Positions 38,048 through 51,650 of a stretch of DNA of 64,000 nucleotides are shown here, piece after piece. The stretch spans positions 62,001 through 126,000 of the forward strand of contig JAAOMT010000429.1 in assembly GCA_016748015.1 (NCBI GenBank), given 5' to 3'. How positions within the stretch are numbered: the stretch's first letter is position 1; every line of letters starts with the position of its first letter. The DNA comes from Geosiphon pyriformis uo1 (taxonomy: Eukaryota; Fungi; Glomeromycota). The notes below the pieces were generated by a model that saw only the letters and a list, made by a program, of their open reading frames with translations, ran no database searches and was not told the DNA's origin. The position numbers and the translations under genes are program-made.

Positions 38048-41000
38048 AACAGCAATAGTAGAGCCAATAGTGGTCTCGAAATCAAAAAACAGTTTGGATT
38101 TGTTGTACTGAATGGCTAAAAACTTCTTTTACTAAAACTTTTAACTCTTTTTTGGGAATTTGGAACGAAGAAGAGAAAGAAGTTTTTCCATAAACTTATT
38201 AATATAAGTATAATTTTACTTCAAATTATAAAAAAACTATTTTTTGAAGGAAGAGATAATATTGTTTTAAACTGAATTGTTTTTCTTTCAATATTTTTTT
38301 TTTTACTTTTAATACTTTTATTATATATACATAATTTATATTATACAAGATTCCTTAAAATCCTTCAATTTTTTAAAAAAAATCTTGGAATTTTTTTTTT
38401 TACTATGTTTATTTCTGATTAGCTATTTTATCTACTTATTATAATTCCTAATTTTTATAAGTAACAATAGATGAAAAAAATATTATTAGCTATAATCAAA
38501 ACAGTTAAAGCAAATAAATCTAAGAAAATTACACTCACTTTAATGTATGTAGTTTAAGCTATTACTTAACAATTTTACTAATATCTTTGTAAATAAAAAT
38601 AAATTTGGCAAAACTGATATTATTTAGCATCAGATCAAAACTAAAAATGCCATGGCAATAAAACAAAAAACATATTAAATACCACTTGTCAATTATAAGA
38701 TTATTTATTAAAAAATCAACTGTATGTTAGACAATAAGTTAATTTAATTATCAATAAGTTCATGATCATTATTAGTAATACTTTTTCAGAAAAAAAATAG
38801 AAAAATTTGCTTTTGTGTAAATTACAAAAAACTTAATAATATTATTTATGAAAACAGTTATTTTACTCTATGAATCCAAAAACTATTTGATATTTTTGGA
38901 GAAAAGAAATAGTTTTCAATATTAGACTTAAATAGTGGTTACTAACAAGTAGCCATGAATTCAGCTAACAAAGAGAAAATAGCATTTACCATTAGAAAAG
39001 AGAATTTTAAATTCAATATTATGTTTTTTGGCTTAACTAATACTTCAGCTATTTTCCAATGGCTAATAAAAATTGTGTATATTAGATTATTATAAAAATC
39101 AGTAGTAATTTACTTAGATAACACAAATATATTCTCTAAAACATTTAATAATCATTTTTATTATTTTTAACAAGTGTTTGAAAAATTAAGAAAAGCTGGA
39201 TTAAAATTAAATACTACTAAATATTTCTTTAAAAAAACAAAACTCAAGTTTTTAATACATGTTGTAAGCAAAAATAGCATTAAAACAGATCTAATAAAAT
39301 TAAAATAGTTAAGAATTTTTTAGTATTAACAAACTTAATAGAACTAAAAACATTTTTGGAATTTACTAAATACTATTGTCACTTTATTCAAAACTTCTTT
39401 AAATTAGCTCAATTATTGTATTAGTTTCAAGCCAAAAACATCAAATATAAATAGACTGCAATATAACAAAAAGTCTTTAACATCTTAAGACAAAAGTTTA
39501 TTTAAGCTTTAGTCATGATCTATTCAGATTACAACAAGTTATTTATTATTACAACAAATGTATTAAGCAAACATTAAAAGCAGTACTATTACAAAAATAA
39601 GCTAATAGATAAGAACACTTAATAGCATATGCCAGCCAAAATTTAAGTCTAGTTAAAAAGAATTATAAAACTTTAGCACCAGAACATTTAGCTATTTATT
39701 AGGCTGTTATGAATAAAAAAATGCTTAAATCAAAACTTTGATATATACACTAATTACAAAGAATTAACATCAATTCAAAAACAAAAATTTGGAGATAATT
39801 GCTATGCAAAATAAAAAATAAAACTTGTACTATTTAATTATACAACAAACTATAAAAAGAGAAAAAAAAATAGAAATACTAACAGCTTATTACAAATAAG
39901 ACAAATTTAAAAAAAACATTTTAATCCAAAAATATAACAAAAAATAAACACACAAAAATACTAACAATTCTAATATTATATTAATACTCAACAGTTTAAG
40001 AAAAAATTATTTCAAAAAGAACAAAACAACATAAAACAACAATCAAAATATTTTATTATTTACTAAAATATACTATATTGGAAAAACAAAAAAATTCCAA
40101 ATTAGCTACTCAAAGTAATTATAAAACCAAAAAAAAAAACAATATTGTTTAATATACACTTAGATCCAACTACAGAACACTTTTATAAAGAAATAACTAT
40201 AAAAAAAACCAAAAAAAAATATTATTAGCTATTAATTTATCTAAATATTATTCAATATATTCAAAATTGTGATGTTTGTTAAAGAAAAAAAGAAACAAGA
40301 CTTAATGAATTACTAAAACCAATTAAAGTAGAACAATTATTTAATTAGATTAAAATTGATTTAATTAGATTATTAATTATAATCAGCAAAGACAACTAAT
40401 ACATAACAGTAGTCATAGATTATTTTATAAAATAACTAAAAGCTAAAACAATTCAAAAAGCAAATGCAGAATCTATAGCCAAATTTATATACCAAAATTT
40501 AATTTGTTGACACAAATGTTTAAAAGAATTGTTATTAGACCAAAAAACTTATTTTGTAAACAAAATATTGACAAAATTAAGTCAAAAATTTGGAGTTAAG
40601 AGATTATTATCATCATCATATTATTTACAAACAAATAGCTTAGTTAAAAGATCTAATAAAACATTTTGTGAAATGATAGCCAAAACCAACCAAGTAAACC
40701 AAGACAAATAGAATATATTTATACTATTAATATTATTTGCTTATTAAACAATAAAGCAAGATATCATACAAACAACACTATTTAAACTAGTTTATAATAA
40801 AACAGCAATATTATTAATTGAGATAAAAATCAATACATATCTAATTAAACCAATAATAAAAACCAACTTTTAAGAAATATTGCTAAAAAGAACATATAAC
40901 TTAATAGAAACTTTAGAAAACAAAAAATAAAAGCAGTTGATTATATATAAAAGTTAAAAAAAAAAAAAAAAAACAATATAATAACTAGTTATCAAATAAA

Positions 41001-42050
41001 CCAGCCATATTCAGAATTGAAAACAAAGTACTTTTATATCATATTAAAGTGAAAAAACAATAAAATAGAAAGTTTGATCCCAAATAGGATAATTTATTTC
41101 ACATTAAAGAAATTCTGAGAAATAAAACATATAAGTTAAGATAAAACAACAAAATTTTAGCTAAAACAACACATAATAATTGACTAAAACTATACTACAA
41201 TATAATATTATTATTTATTAATAATATTCTACAACTGAGAGTACAATAAATAATTTAACTATATGAAATTTTATAAGATCTAAAATTAATTATAATTATT
41301 AACACAAACATATTAAATTGATTTACTAAAACAGTATATAAAAAACCAACACATATGACAAAAGCAATAAAAAAATAGAAATTATAAACAATATTTACTC
41401 CCTAGCCCAAAAATTATTTTAATTCATCAGATATCAAAAATTGAACATAGTAATTACAATTAATCAACAAATTATACAATACAAAAACACAAAAAAAAAA
41501 TTAAAACTCCAATATAAAATACAATAAAAAGTATATGTAAAGCCTAAAAACATAGTAAATAATATGGTAGTAAAAGTAAAAATATTATTAGAAATACTAA
41601 AAACAATAACACTATATAAAGAGTTAATAAAAAAAAATTGAAAATGGTAAATACAACAATTTTTTAAAAACTTTTGCTATTACCACTTGAAACAAAAGCT
41701 CAATATTTAGAACTTGTATACAGATAAAACAAAATAGAGGTTTAACATAATAATATTATAGCAAATAAAACAATTTGTGAAAAAGAACAATTTACTTACA
41801 CAAATATAAACAATATATTGATTACAAGCAGGATTTTATTGTCCAAAAATACTGTTATACCTAACAATAAATACCATAATCATTAATTAATTAGGAAAAA
41901 TTACCAATGCTTAATTCAAAGAATTACAGACTAAAATTGCTCAAGTAATTTTAGAGAAAAAAATAATGAAATTAATTTAAGAAGAAGATTTAGAAAAGCT
42001 AAAAGATTTGTAAAATTTTAATAAAATTCAATATTAAAAAAAGGAAATAA

Positions 42051-42856
42051 TATTACTTATAAAAATAAATATCATAATAGATAAAAAATAGCCAATGAGA
42101 AAAAAGCATAATAAAAAAAATTCCAGGATTTTTTTTAAGAAATTGCAAGATTTCAGAATTTTTTTTAAAGAAATTAAAAATTTTAAAGAATTTTATATAA
42201 CATAAATTATGTAAATATAGTAAAAGTGTTAGAAACAAAAAAAGTATTTAGAACAGTTAATAGAAACAATAGTTAGCAATGAGTAATTATCTAATATCTT
42301 TTTTTTTAAAAAATTGTTTTTTATAACTTGAAATAAAATCATATCCATATTAATAAAAACATTTATTATTATCCAAATTCATGTTTTTATCACTTGATTA
42401 AGAAATATTAATCAATTTTACACTATTAACAATCCATGTTGATAGAATTTAATATTTAATCACACTAAACTAATAGTTATTAATTATGGCTATTAATAGA
42501 ATACTAATTTTTTTTTATTTTATTTTATTTATTTATTTTGTTGTATACTAATTGATTAAAAAATTAAGTATTAAGTAATTAATATTAAAAATATTCTAAT
42601 AAAAAATTCATAAAACAAGAGTAAAAACTTAAAAATAGCTTATCAAAAGAGCACAACTGCCAGAATAAACCAGTAACTATGTTAAAAAAAGAAATTCACA
42701 GAAAAAACTCTTAATTAAATCTCTGTTCATTATACAAAGAACTCAACCAAAATCTTCAAACTCCAAAATCTTTAAAAATTACTATTATTAATAGTTATTA
42801 AATATTAAGTTATAGATTTGTTATTTGTTTAACACTCCAAATAATTATCTGTAATA
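42051..42856 (+). repeat. 3' LTR of E4
   Basis: Follows AAAAAAAGGAAA PPT; termini mutated to TATTAC...TGTAATA; internal blocks match family A LTRs. Confidence 0.88.
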
Positions 42857-43380
42857 ATAAATAATTTTGGCTTGATAAATAAGTACTATATTTATAATAA
42901 GTTAAATCAAGACAAAGTTTTTTTTTTTGATACATCTTTTATGAATTTTTTTGTGTAAAGTTAAAAAGCAAAAAAATGTGTATAATTATAAAATCAAATT
43001 TAATTTCATTATTAAAACAGATTAAGTTAAAATTCAAGTTAATTTAATATTATTTTTAATTGCTAGTGTTTTTGTTAATAATATAATTTGAATTAAATAT
43101 AATCAAATAACAACTTAACATATTTTGAATATTATAAGTGAATTTTTTCAAATTAATAATATTTTAATTAATAATAAAAAAACAATGATTATTTTAATCA
43201 ATTACAAAGTTGTAAACTCTTTTTACCAATTAGTAATCTGCCAATTTTTATTACAAAAAAAAGAGAATTTCACTAATATTTGAGTATTTTTTTGTCAACA
43301 GAAAATTTGTTAAAGTCTAACTTAGCAAAAACACACTCAGATGTCAAATTTTTTGCTGGTATTATATTAAAAAAAATTAT
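42857..43380 (+). mobile_element. LINE RT relic (host of E4)
   Basis: Decayed match to LINE ORF2 segment MTDFGLTDGY..LNQDEVF..AFVDDTIW..YLGIFLSTE..LAKAHSD seen at 33536-34171. Confidence 0.75.
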
Positions 43381-45356
43381 TATTACAGATAAGTTTAATA
43401 GAGTATAAAGATAATATTTAATGTTCAAGATTTGTATAAAAAAGTTGTAAATTTTTTTTTAAATTCACAAAATACATGTTGTGTTTTATTAATTTTAAAA
43501 GATTTTTTAATTATAAAATACAGAGATGTATTTTTTAACAATTTGTGTTTATATATATAAGTTTTTTTTTCTAAACTAGTTGAATACAGTTACTAGTATT
43601 TAACATTGTTTTTTTGCTTTTCTGATAAGCTAACAAGATAGAATTAATATTCAATATTAGAAAAAGCTTTCTTTTTTTACCAAATTATTATAAAGTTTAT
43701 TTCTAAACAATCAATTTCTAATATTGCCACTTTACAAAATAAAATAAATAAATAAATAAAAAAAGATAAAAAAAATTAATTTTTATTAATTGTTGTAATT
43801 AAGAATAATTGTTTCAATCATTAAAATTTCAAAAACATTTATGCTAATTGTATTTTGTCTAAAACAAAAATAAAAAGCAGTAAATAGCTAAATATTAAAG
43901 ACAATAAGTTGTCAATATTAGATATTTCTGATTAAATTTAATAATATTTTATTGGAAGAATAAATAATAGATAATAAAATAACATAAGAAGATCTTTAAG
44001 CTTTTTAAAGAAGATAATAAAAAAGTTGATTTTTGATTTTTGTTTATTTTTTTTTTATTTGTTAAAATTATTTGTTTTTATACTTATCTTTAGTTTTACA
44101 ATATTGCTTTTAATTGTTTTGTTTATTGCTAACTATTTTCATTATTTTAGCTATTGTTTTGTTTTTATATATTATAACTAATTATCTTAAGTTATTACTA
44201 CTTGGGTAATATTATCTTTTTTTTTAGAATTAAGCTTTTATAAAACTATATATGTTTTTAAAAATTGTTTTTTTAATATAATATTTAATTGTCATATTGA
44301 GTATTGCTTTTTGTGGTTTTTTAAACTGGAAATTTGTTATTTGTTCTATGATAATAAACTTTAATAAATTGTTTAGTAGTATAATTAGATAGTATTTAAA
44401 TACTAAATATAGTTAGTATATTGTTTTATAGTATAATATTAAGTTATTTTTTCTAATGAATTTTTTTACTTATTTAAGAGCTTTTCTATTGAATATTTAT
44501 TTTTAATGTTATTACAAAATGGTTTTTTAGTATATTTAATTGCTGATATTTTATTTTAATTGTAATTAGTCTTTTGTAAGTTTCTTAATTTTATTTGTAT
44601 AATAATATTAATATTATACTAAAAACTTTTTTTTTAATATTATAATATAAGTTATTTCTTAATTTCTGATTATTATATATGTTTATAAACTTTTTTTCAG
44701 AGACTAAACTAAAATTTATTTACTGTTTAAAGTTTTTTCTAAATCTATTTTTGCAATTATCTAATGTGTTTTTTTAATTTAAAAACATAAAATATTAATA
44801 ATCTTTAATACTTTTCTAATTTTTATAATAAAGCTTTTATCAATTAGTAATAACATAAATAATTTTGATCAAAAATTATTTTTTTAAGAGATTTAATTAA
44901 TGAATAATAGTTTTATTTAATAAATAATACAAGTAAGTTTTTTAATATTTTAGATTGTAATAATTTGGTTTTCAATATTTTTTTCATTTATTTTTGATTA
45001 AAAATTTTTATGGATATTTATTTTAAAAATAAAAACTAAAAAATAATTAAAGTAGAACTGTTGGATGAATTGTTTGATAATTTGTTGTTTTTTTTAATAT
45101 TAAAATTACTGTATATATAAATATTTATAGTTTTATAAAAAAATATATTGTAATATTTTTTAATATTTTAACCTAGTGTTTGCTGTTATTACTATTTGGT
45201 ATTGATTACTATTACAAGTTAATACTTGCTATTATTACAAAATAATGCTTGTTATTATGTTAATTATTAACCTTTTAAAATTATTATTATGCTATATTAT
45301 GATTAAATAATTTATATTATTTTATAATTTTTTTGTTAAATTTTTGAATTATAACA
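43381..45356 (-). mobile_element. Family B LTR element remnant: 3' LTR 43381-44211, PPT, ORF3-like relic; far boundary uncertain
   Basis: 43381-44211 aligns to solo LTR 10059-11004 (ends CTACTTGGGTAATA); adjacent minus-strand purine tract and peptide IEQITNFQFKK, similar to ORF3 EKITNAQFEE. Confidence 0.65.
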
Positions 45357-48300
45357 CCAGATATTATTCTTATAAGCCAAACCAAAGTTATACACAAAGT
45401 TTATAATCTTTTTATTAACAATTTTAATATCTTTGAAAATTAAGAGAGATTTTTAAAACCAATTTTTATAAACAAATCTTTATATAAAATTAAATACACC
45501 AAAACATTAAAGTAATACAAAGTAAGCCATTATGAAACACATAAAAAAACTTAAACAAAACCAAATCTGTTTTCTAAATAGCTACATAAATATTTAATAG
45601 TCTTTTACAAGATTAATTATTTGACTTGGAGAAAAAAGCATAATCAGAAAACTCAATATTCTTATAGAACAGATATAAAATATTTCAATAATACTTATTG
45701 TATAAATGCTTTTAAATAGTCATAAACAGCCTATAATATAAAGCCTTCATAAAATTAAAACATATACCAATTATAATTTTGCTTATAAATTCTGTTAATA
45801 TGTAAGAATTAAAATGTTATATTAGTAAAAATCTAATTCAGTTTATATTTTCAATTAAATTAATAATTAAACTATAAGTGCTAAATCCAACTTTCTAATA
45901 AACATGATAGATTATCTAAAAAATTTTGTAAACAAAATACTTTATATTTTTAGAAATAATTATATTATTAGCTTTAATAAAATGTGTTTATATTCAAACT
46001 AGAAGCATTATATTCAAAAATAAAGCTGTATCGGCCAAGACATTAGATAATTCATTGTTTAATATACTTAAATAGTTTTTAACTTTATATTAATTAATAT
46101 TTAACTTTTTATTCTTAATAATATTTACAATTTAATAATGTTTAATCCAATAATTATACATAAAAAAAGGACATATTCTAAAGCAAATATTATAATTTGC
46201 AACTTAGTTATGATAAAAAAAACCAATTCAAATATTTTAACATCTAAATCCAAATCAATATTATCAAAAAATTCTATTATACTAGTCTTATTACAAAAAT
46301 ACTCAGATTTTTAAGAAAACTATTAGTATAAACAAAAAAACAAATCATATTAACATTTAAAAACTATTTATAAACCAAATTAAAATCATATAAACCAAAA
46401 TATCTAAAGATTAAAAGCTAATAGCCAAAAAAAAATTAAAAGAGCAAAAAACTGTACTATTTAGAAACCTAATAGCAGAATAAAACCAAATTAGAACAGA
46501 ATTCTAAAAATTTAGTTTTTTCCAATATTTAAAAGTTTTTTAATTAAAAATAACATCTTTTTTATTATACAATATTTAACAAAAACAATCTTAAACCATT
46601 TAAGTAAACAAAACATCTTAAATAAAACAAATCTATTTAAGATAGTTAACATTAAAATTTTTCTTCAAAATTGAATTGCTGAATGCAAAAAATTAACTAA
46701 AACAAATTGTAATTATGAAAAATACAAATCATATTAGTCAGAAAATTGTTCAATAAACAAATCTTTAAACAAACTAGATAATACAAAAAATAATAAAAAA
46801 ACCAACTTAGAACTTGTAAGTTAAAAAACCTATAAATAAACAAACAGTCCAGAATATTATATGTATTAAAAAAACTTAATATAAAAACCAACTTGCTTTT
46901 AGTTTGTACTTATTCAAAATTTTTTAAGTTATATAATAAAAAATAATAAATCACATTATTTAAAAAGTTTAAAAATAAACAAAACTTAAATTTTAAGCTT
47001 TTATAAATTATAGTGTTTTATTTATTACATATTTTATTAGAGACAAAACTAAATTAAATCTTGTAGTTAATAATAAAATAAAGCATCATTAAGATTAAAT
47101 ATAAAAACTTTTTATTAGAAATAACTTTTCTTAAAACTTTGTTAATAAAAAATCTAATATCTAAATAAGCTTTTATCAAACTAAGCTTAAACAAACTCTT
47201 TATTAAAAAAAATATTCAAATATCTGTAAGATTTTTTTTGTTTAATTATTGATTAATAAAGAAAAATTTATTATTTTATAATAAATTAGAATAGTTACAG
47301 TTTTATTATTATTAATTAAAATATTATTAACTTAAAAAATTCATTCATAATATTTAAGATATATTATTAACAAATACACTAGCAACAAAAAAAATATAAG
47401 ACCAGTTTGGCTCTTTATATGTTTTATTTTAGTTATAAACTTAAAATCAATTCTATATCTACATATATTCTCTTGTTTTTTGATTTTATACAAAAGAAAA
47501 GCATAAAAAATATGGCAGAAAAGAGAAAAAAACACTTTATTCTGATTTAATGTATCATGTACATAATATTTGTTTGTCAAACTAAAATTAGTTATAATAT
47601 AATTAATATAATCATTATAAATACAGCCAAAAAATCTAATAAATTTGTTATATATTTTAATATAAATTAAACTGTTCTTTAAGTACATCTAATTTATCAA
47701 ATTATATACTTTTTACATATTTTATAATACCAATTAAAGTTTATAATTTTTTTCCAAAATATATTTTATTATTAAGCCAATAGCAAAAATTGGAAATTAT
47801 GTAGTTGTTTCTTTTAAAACCAAGAAATTGTCATCTTAAAACACATTATATTTATTGTAAACTAAAAAAATTTTATTTAACAACACTTTAAAAAAAATTT
47901 TCCAAGCAGTTTTAATTAGTGTAATAAGTTTTATATTAGTTAAAACTTTTTTTTACTTATATAACTTAGGAATTATCAATATTTAAGCTTTTTTCAAAAC
48001 TGAAAAATTGATTTATATATTAAATAACTATTAAAAAAATCTAACAAAAAATTCAAAACCAAAAAATCACAATGTTTTTAAAGTTTATTAAGTATTTTAA
48101 ACAAATCAGAAACTTTTTTATCTAACAAATCTAATATAATTTTTAATATCTTACCAAAACCAATTTTTTTTTATTACTGCTCACTTTTTTATTCTTCTTT
48201 CTATAATTGAATTTACTTAATACATAATCTTATTAGATTTCAAAATCAAGTCTTTTCTATTAACTAACTAGTTTAAGATCACTTTACAAAAAAAATATTA

Positions 48301-50905
48301 TAAAACACATTTAATAGTATAATTTTTGTTGATTTCAAAACTTTCTATTTTCTTATTAATAATACAAATTTTTATAATTTTAGTATATTAAGACTTAGCA
48401 AGCTTAAATATTCAATATAATTTCTTAACTTTGGCTAATTTAAATTTGAATATATTTATATTGACTTTAGATATTAAAAAATTTTACATACTATATATAT
48501 ATTGGATATCAAATAACAATTAATAAGTAATTAAGTCATCTAATTTACAATTAAAACTTAAATATAAAATTCAAACAATTTTAGACACTAAAATTTTCAA
48601 CTTATAAAACTAAGATAAAATTTTAATAAAAATACTATTAAAAATTCTGTTTTAAAATTTAAAAAAATTCTTATTAGTTAAAAAACTAACAATTTTTCTA
48701 ATAATATCTTATATAAAATCTAAATCAAAAAGTTTTTTAAAAGACTAAAAGTTCTATTGAACACAGCAAAATTTATTAATATAGTATTTTTAAACCAGAT
48801 TTATTTAGTCATATTGGTTTTTTTAAAGTTGTATTTCTATTGGTTTTTGTTAGTTTGTTTGTAAAAGCCACTTAAATACTCATCTAAAATACTATTTAAA
48901 CTAATTGAAATAGAAACAACAAAGTGATTTATATCAAAAAATTCAATTATGCTTGACATTTTTGTGTTAATACAAATATTATTTAGATTAAATAACATAA
49001 AAATATAATTAATTATTTTTTTAATCTTTCATAATATCTTCCAAATAAGAATTTTGCAAATAAACTTTTAAACAAAGAGTTAATTAACTTAAAATCTACA
49101 CATTTTTTGAAAATAGTGCTATATTTAATATTATTTTTATTGAAGTTATTATTTAAAACAACAAAAATATTTTTATTATATGTTTTAATAATAGCAAAAT
49201 TAACAGCAAGTGCCAAGTCTAAATGTTTTTTTACATAAAATTTTTTTATTAAAATTGTTTGTTTGTTTTTAAACAGCAAATAAACTAATAAAAGTTTACC
49301 AAAAATCTTTAAAACTTTTAAGACATGCTAAATTAAATAATTATTTATAATAATTATAATATAAATACTTATAAAATTAAAATCCAAATAGAAATAAAAA
49401 CTTTAACTTTATTAAACTTATTTGCAATTTAAAATCTAATACTAAAATGTAATTTTGGTTTAATAACTATTAAAATATTATTTTTAGATTTTTTATGTTA
49501 CTTAAAAATATTCTGCTTAGCAGAATTATTTATTTTTTTAATATTATATGTAATAATTTTTCAAACAAAACTGGTTATTAAAACATTAAAAAAAAACACC
49601 ATAAACTAAAACTAGACTATTAAACTTAGCCAATAAATTTATAACCAAATTAGAAAAACTTTCCAATTGTGTTTTTAACTTAATTATATCTGAAAATGCT
49701 AAAAAACTTAGTTTTGTAATAGTTTTACTACTAGTAAACATACTTAAACTCTTTTTTATTATTATATTGTTTATTTGATCTTGTAATAAAACAATTATTA
49801 GTGGCTAAAATCCAAAGTTAAGCTAGAAAACTGCTAATACAAATGTATTTAACTTTTTAACCAATTTATTAATTTGTTTTACAAAACTAATAAGACTGTT
49901 TTTAATTTTTTAAAACGTTTTTTCATTATATTTATAATTATCAGAAAAGATTTGACTTTATACAAAAAACCAGATCAAAAAAATTATTAGAAGATATTTG
50001 AGAAAAAAAATTGTCAATTATAAATATTTAAGTTTTACTATTAAAAATTACTAAACAAAAAATAGAAACAGATTTTTTATTATATATTTTAACCAATTTA
50101 AGCTAGTTTTGAGCTAAAAAAAAAGCCTTTTTTTTAGCATTAACATATTATTCACTAAATTACAATTAAAAAAGATATAATTAAGTCTATTACAAACTAA
50201 GTAAACAGTTAAAAACAAATAAAACCAATAAAAAATAATATTTTTTATAATAAAAATCATAATTATTGTTTTATTCAGATTTTTTTTAGAGTTAAAATAC
50301 ACAGTAGTATACTTAATACAAGTATAATTAACTAAATTGTAATTAATAATACATGGTTTTTTATTAATCAAATTAATAAACTTTTAAAGATTATAAATAG
50401 TTGTTTTTATAAGAAGTACATAGAACAAAGTTTTAAATTTATTCTTAGAATTCTATATTTATTTATTAATATTTACTCTAATTATATGAACTGTATTCTT
50501 TTTAATAAGAATAAATTACTCAAATACTAAGAGATTAATCCAATTTTAATTATCTAATTCTATAATTATTTTTTATTACAGTTTTACTAAATGTATTTTG
50601 ATTAGTTTAATAGTATTATAGCTAGTAAATACAACTTATACAACTTCTACAAATGTTTTTACAAAAAAATTTTTCATAACAATTTTCTAATTCATATGAT
50701 TATTTACCAGTTACTTAAAATTAGTATTAACTATAATATCATTATTATTAGCCAAATTAGCTGTAATTAATATTGTTTTTTAGAAGTAAAAAATATTTAA
50801 ATAATTCCACTAAATTTTAAGAAAATAGAGACTTTGCAAAATTATTTACATCAAAGAACATATTTTTAACAATTTTTAGCTTATTCTAAGCAGATTTTTT
50901 AGTAA
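45357..50905 (-). mobile_element. Highly decayed LINE (ORF2 and most of ORF1)
   Basis: Colinear landmarks with the 31432-38195 LINE, e.g. AAAGCCTTCATAAAAT (45740), RT region (ORF 47341-47688), APE region (ORF 49013-49279), ORF1 region (ORF 50114-50371). Confidence 0.8.
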
Positions 50906-51650
50906 TATGCTAAAATAAAATTTTTTTAATATTAAGTTTAATACAAATAAACTGTTATATAATTGGTTGGCTGGTTTTTAATAATAATAATTTAGTCGTA
51001 ATTATGTAAAAAACTATTTTAAATAGGTTTTTTTTGTAAATTTATTATAGTTTAATTTTAATTAAAATAAATAATTAACTATATAAAAAATATATAAATT
51101 ATGTTTAATATAGTATATTTTTGTTGTATTATATTAAAATAATAATTAAATTACATTTTATTAAAACATAATAATATTAAAAATATTATAAAAATTAATA
51201 TGCTATTTTATTAACAAATTTTTTTTGTTTTTATTCTATATAATCTAATTTTTATTTTTGCAAATTTATTTGTTTTATTATTTAAAATATTTTTTAGTTT
51301 TAGCTTATTTTCTATTCAAACATTTTTTTTGCAAATTATAGCAATATAATTTTTTTAACCAATATATATTTTGAAAATCAGATTTATTAGTATTATATTT
51401 TATTATATATATAGTTAAATCTGCTTAATTGTTTTATAATTCAATATTTAAGTAATAATTAAATTGATTATTGTGTTAATAAATATTTTTTTGATTATAA
51501 AATTTAGATTAAACATATAATATCAATTAATTTATTTTTAAATTAAAATCCAATTTATTATAATATAATGTTTATTCTCACGCTTACATCATCTTGTGTC
51601 TTTTTGATCTCGCTAATCGTCAGTCCGAACATCGGGAGCTCCGAATTATA

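Larger units (their letters stand above)
31432..38195 (-). mobile_element. Full-length LINE (non-LTR retrotransposon, APE-RT-RNase H type), decayed
   Basis: A-rich tail (T6A repeats on + at 31432-31450), candidate TSD TTATTAAT at 31424-31431 and 38196-38203, ORF1 and ORF2 fragments. Confidence 0.92.
30896..38466 (-). repeat. Solo LTR (E4-like subfamily) split by a LINE: 30896-31431 plus 38204-38466; TSD ATAG
   Basis: Reverse-complement homologue of 42051-42856; ATAG at 30892-30895 and 38467-38470; ends GTAACA. Confidence 0.85.
16692..42856 (+). mobile_element. Old, heavily mutated Ty3/Gypsy copy E4 in three pieces (16692-20332, 30509-30895, 38471-42856)
   Basis: Gag, PR, Cys-rich and dUTPase relics at 16692-20332; reading resumes across the E3 insertion (dUTPase motif 5) and across the solo-LTR/LINE insertion (..TIYG|..CYLLQPEQLEQ-like); RT/RH/IN relics 38700-41200; ORF3 relic ~41354-42036; LTR 42051-42856. 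Confidence 0.88.
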
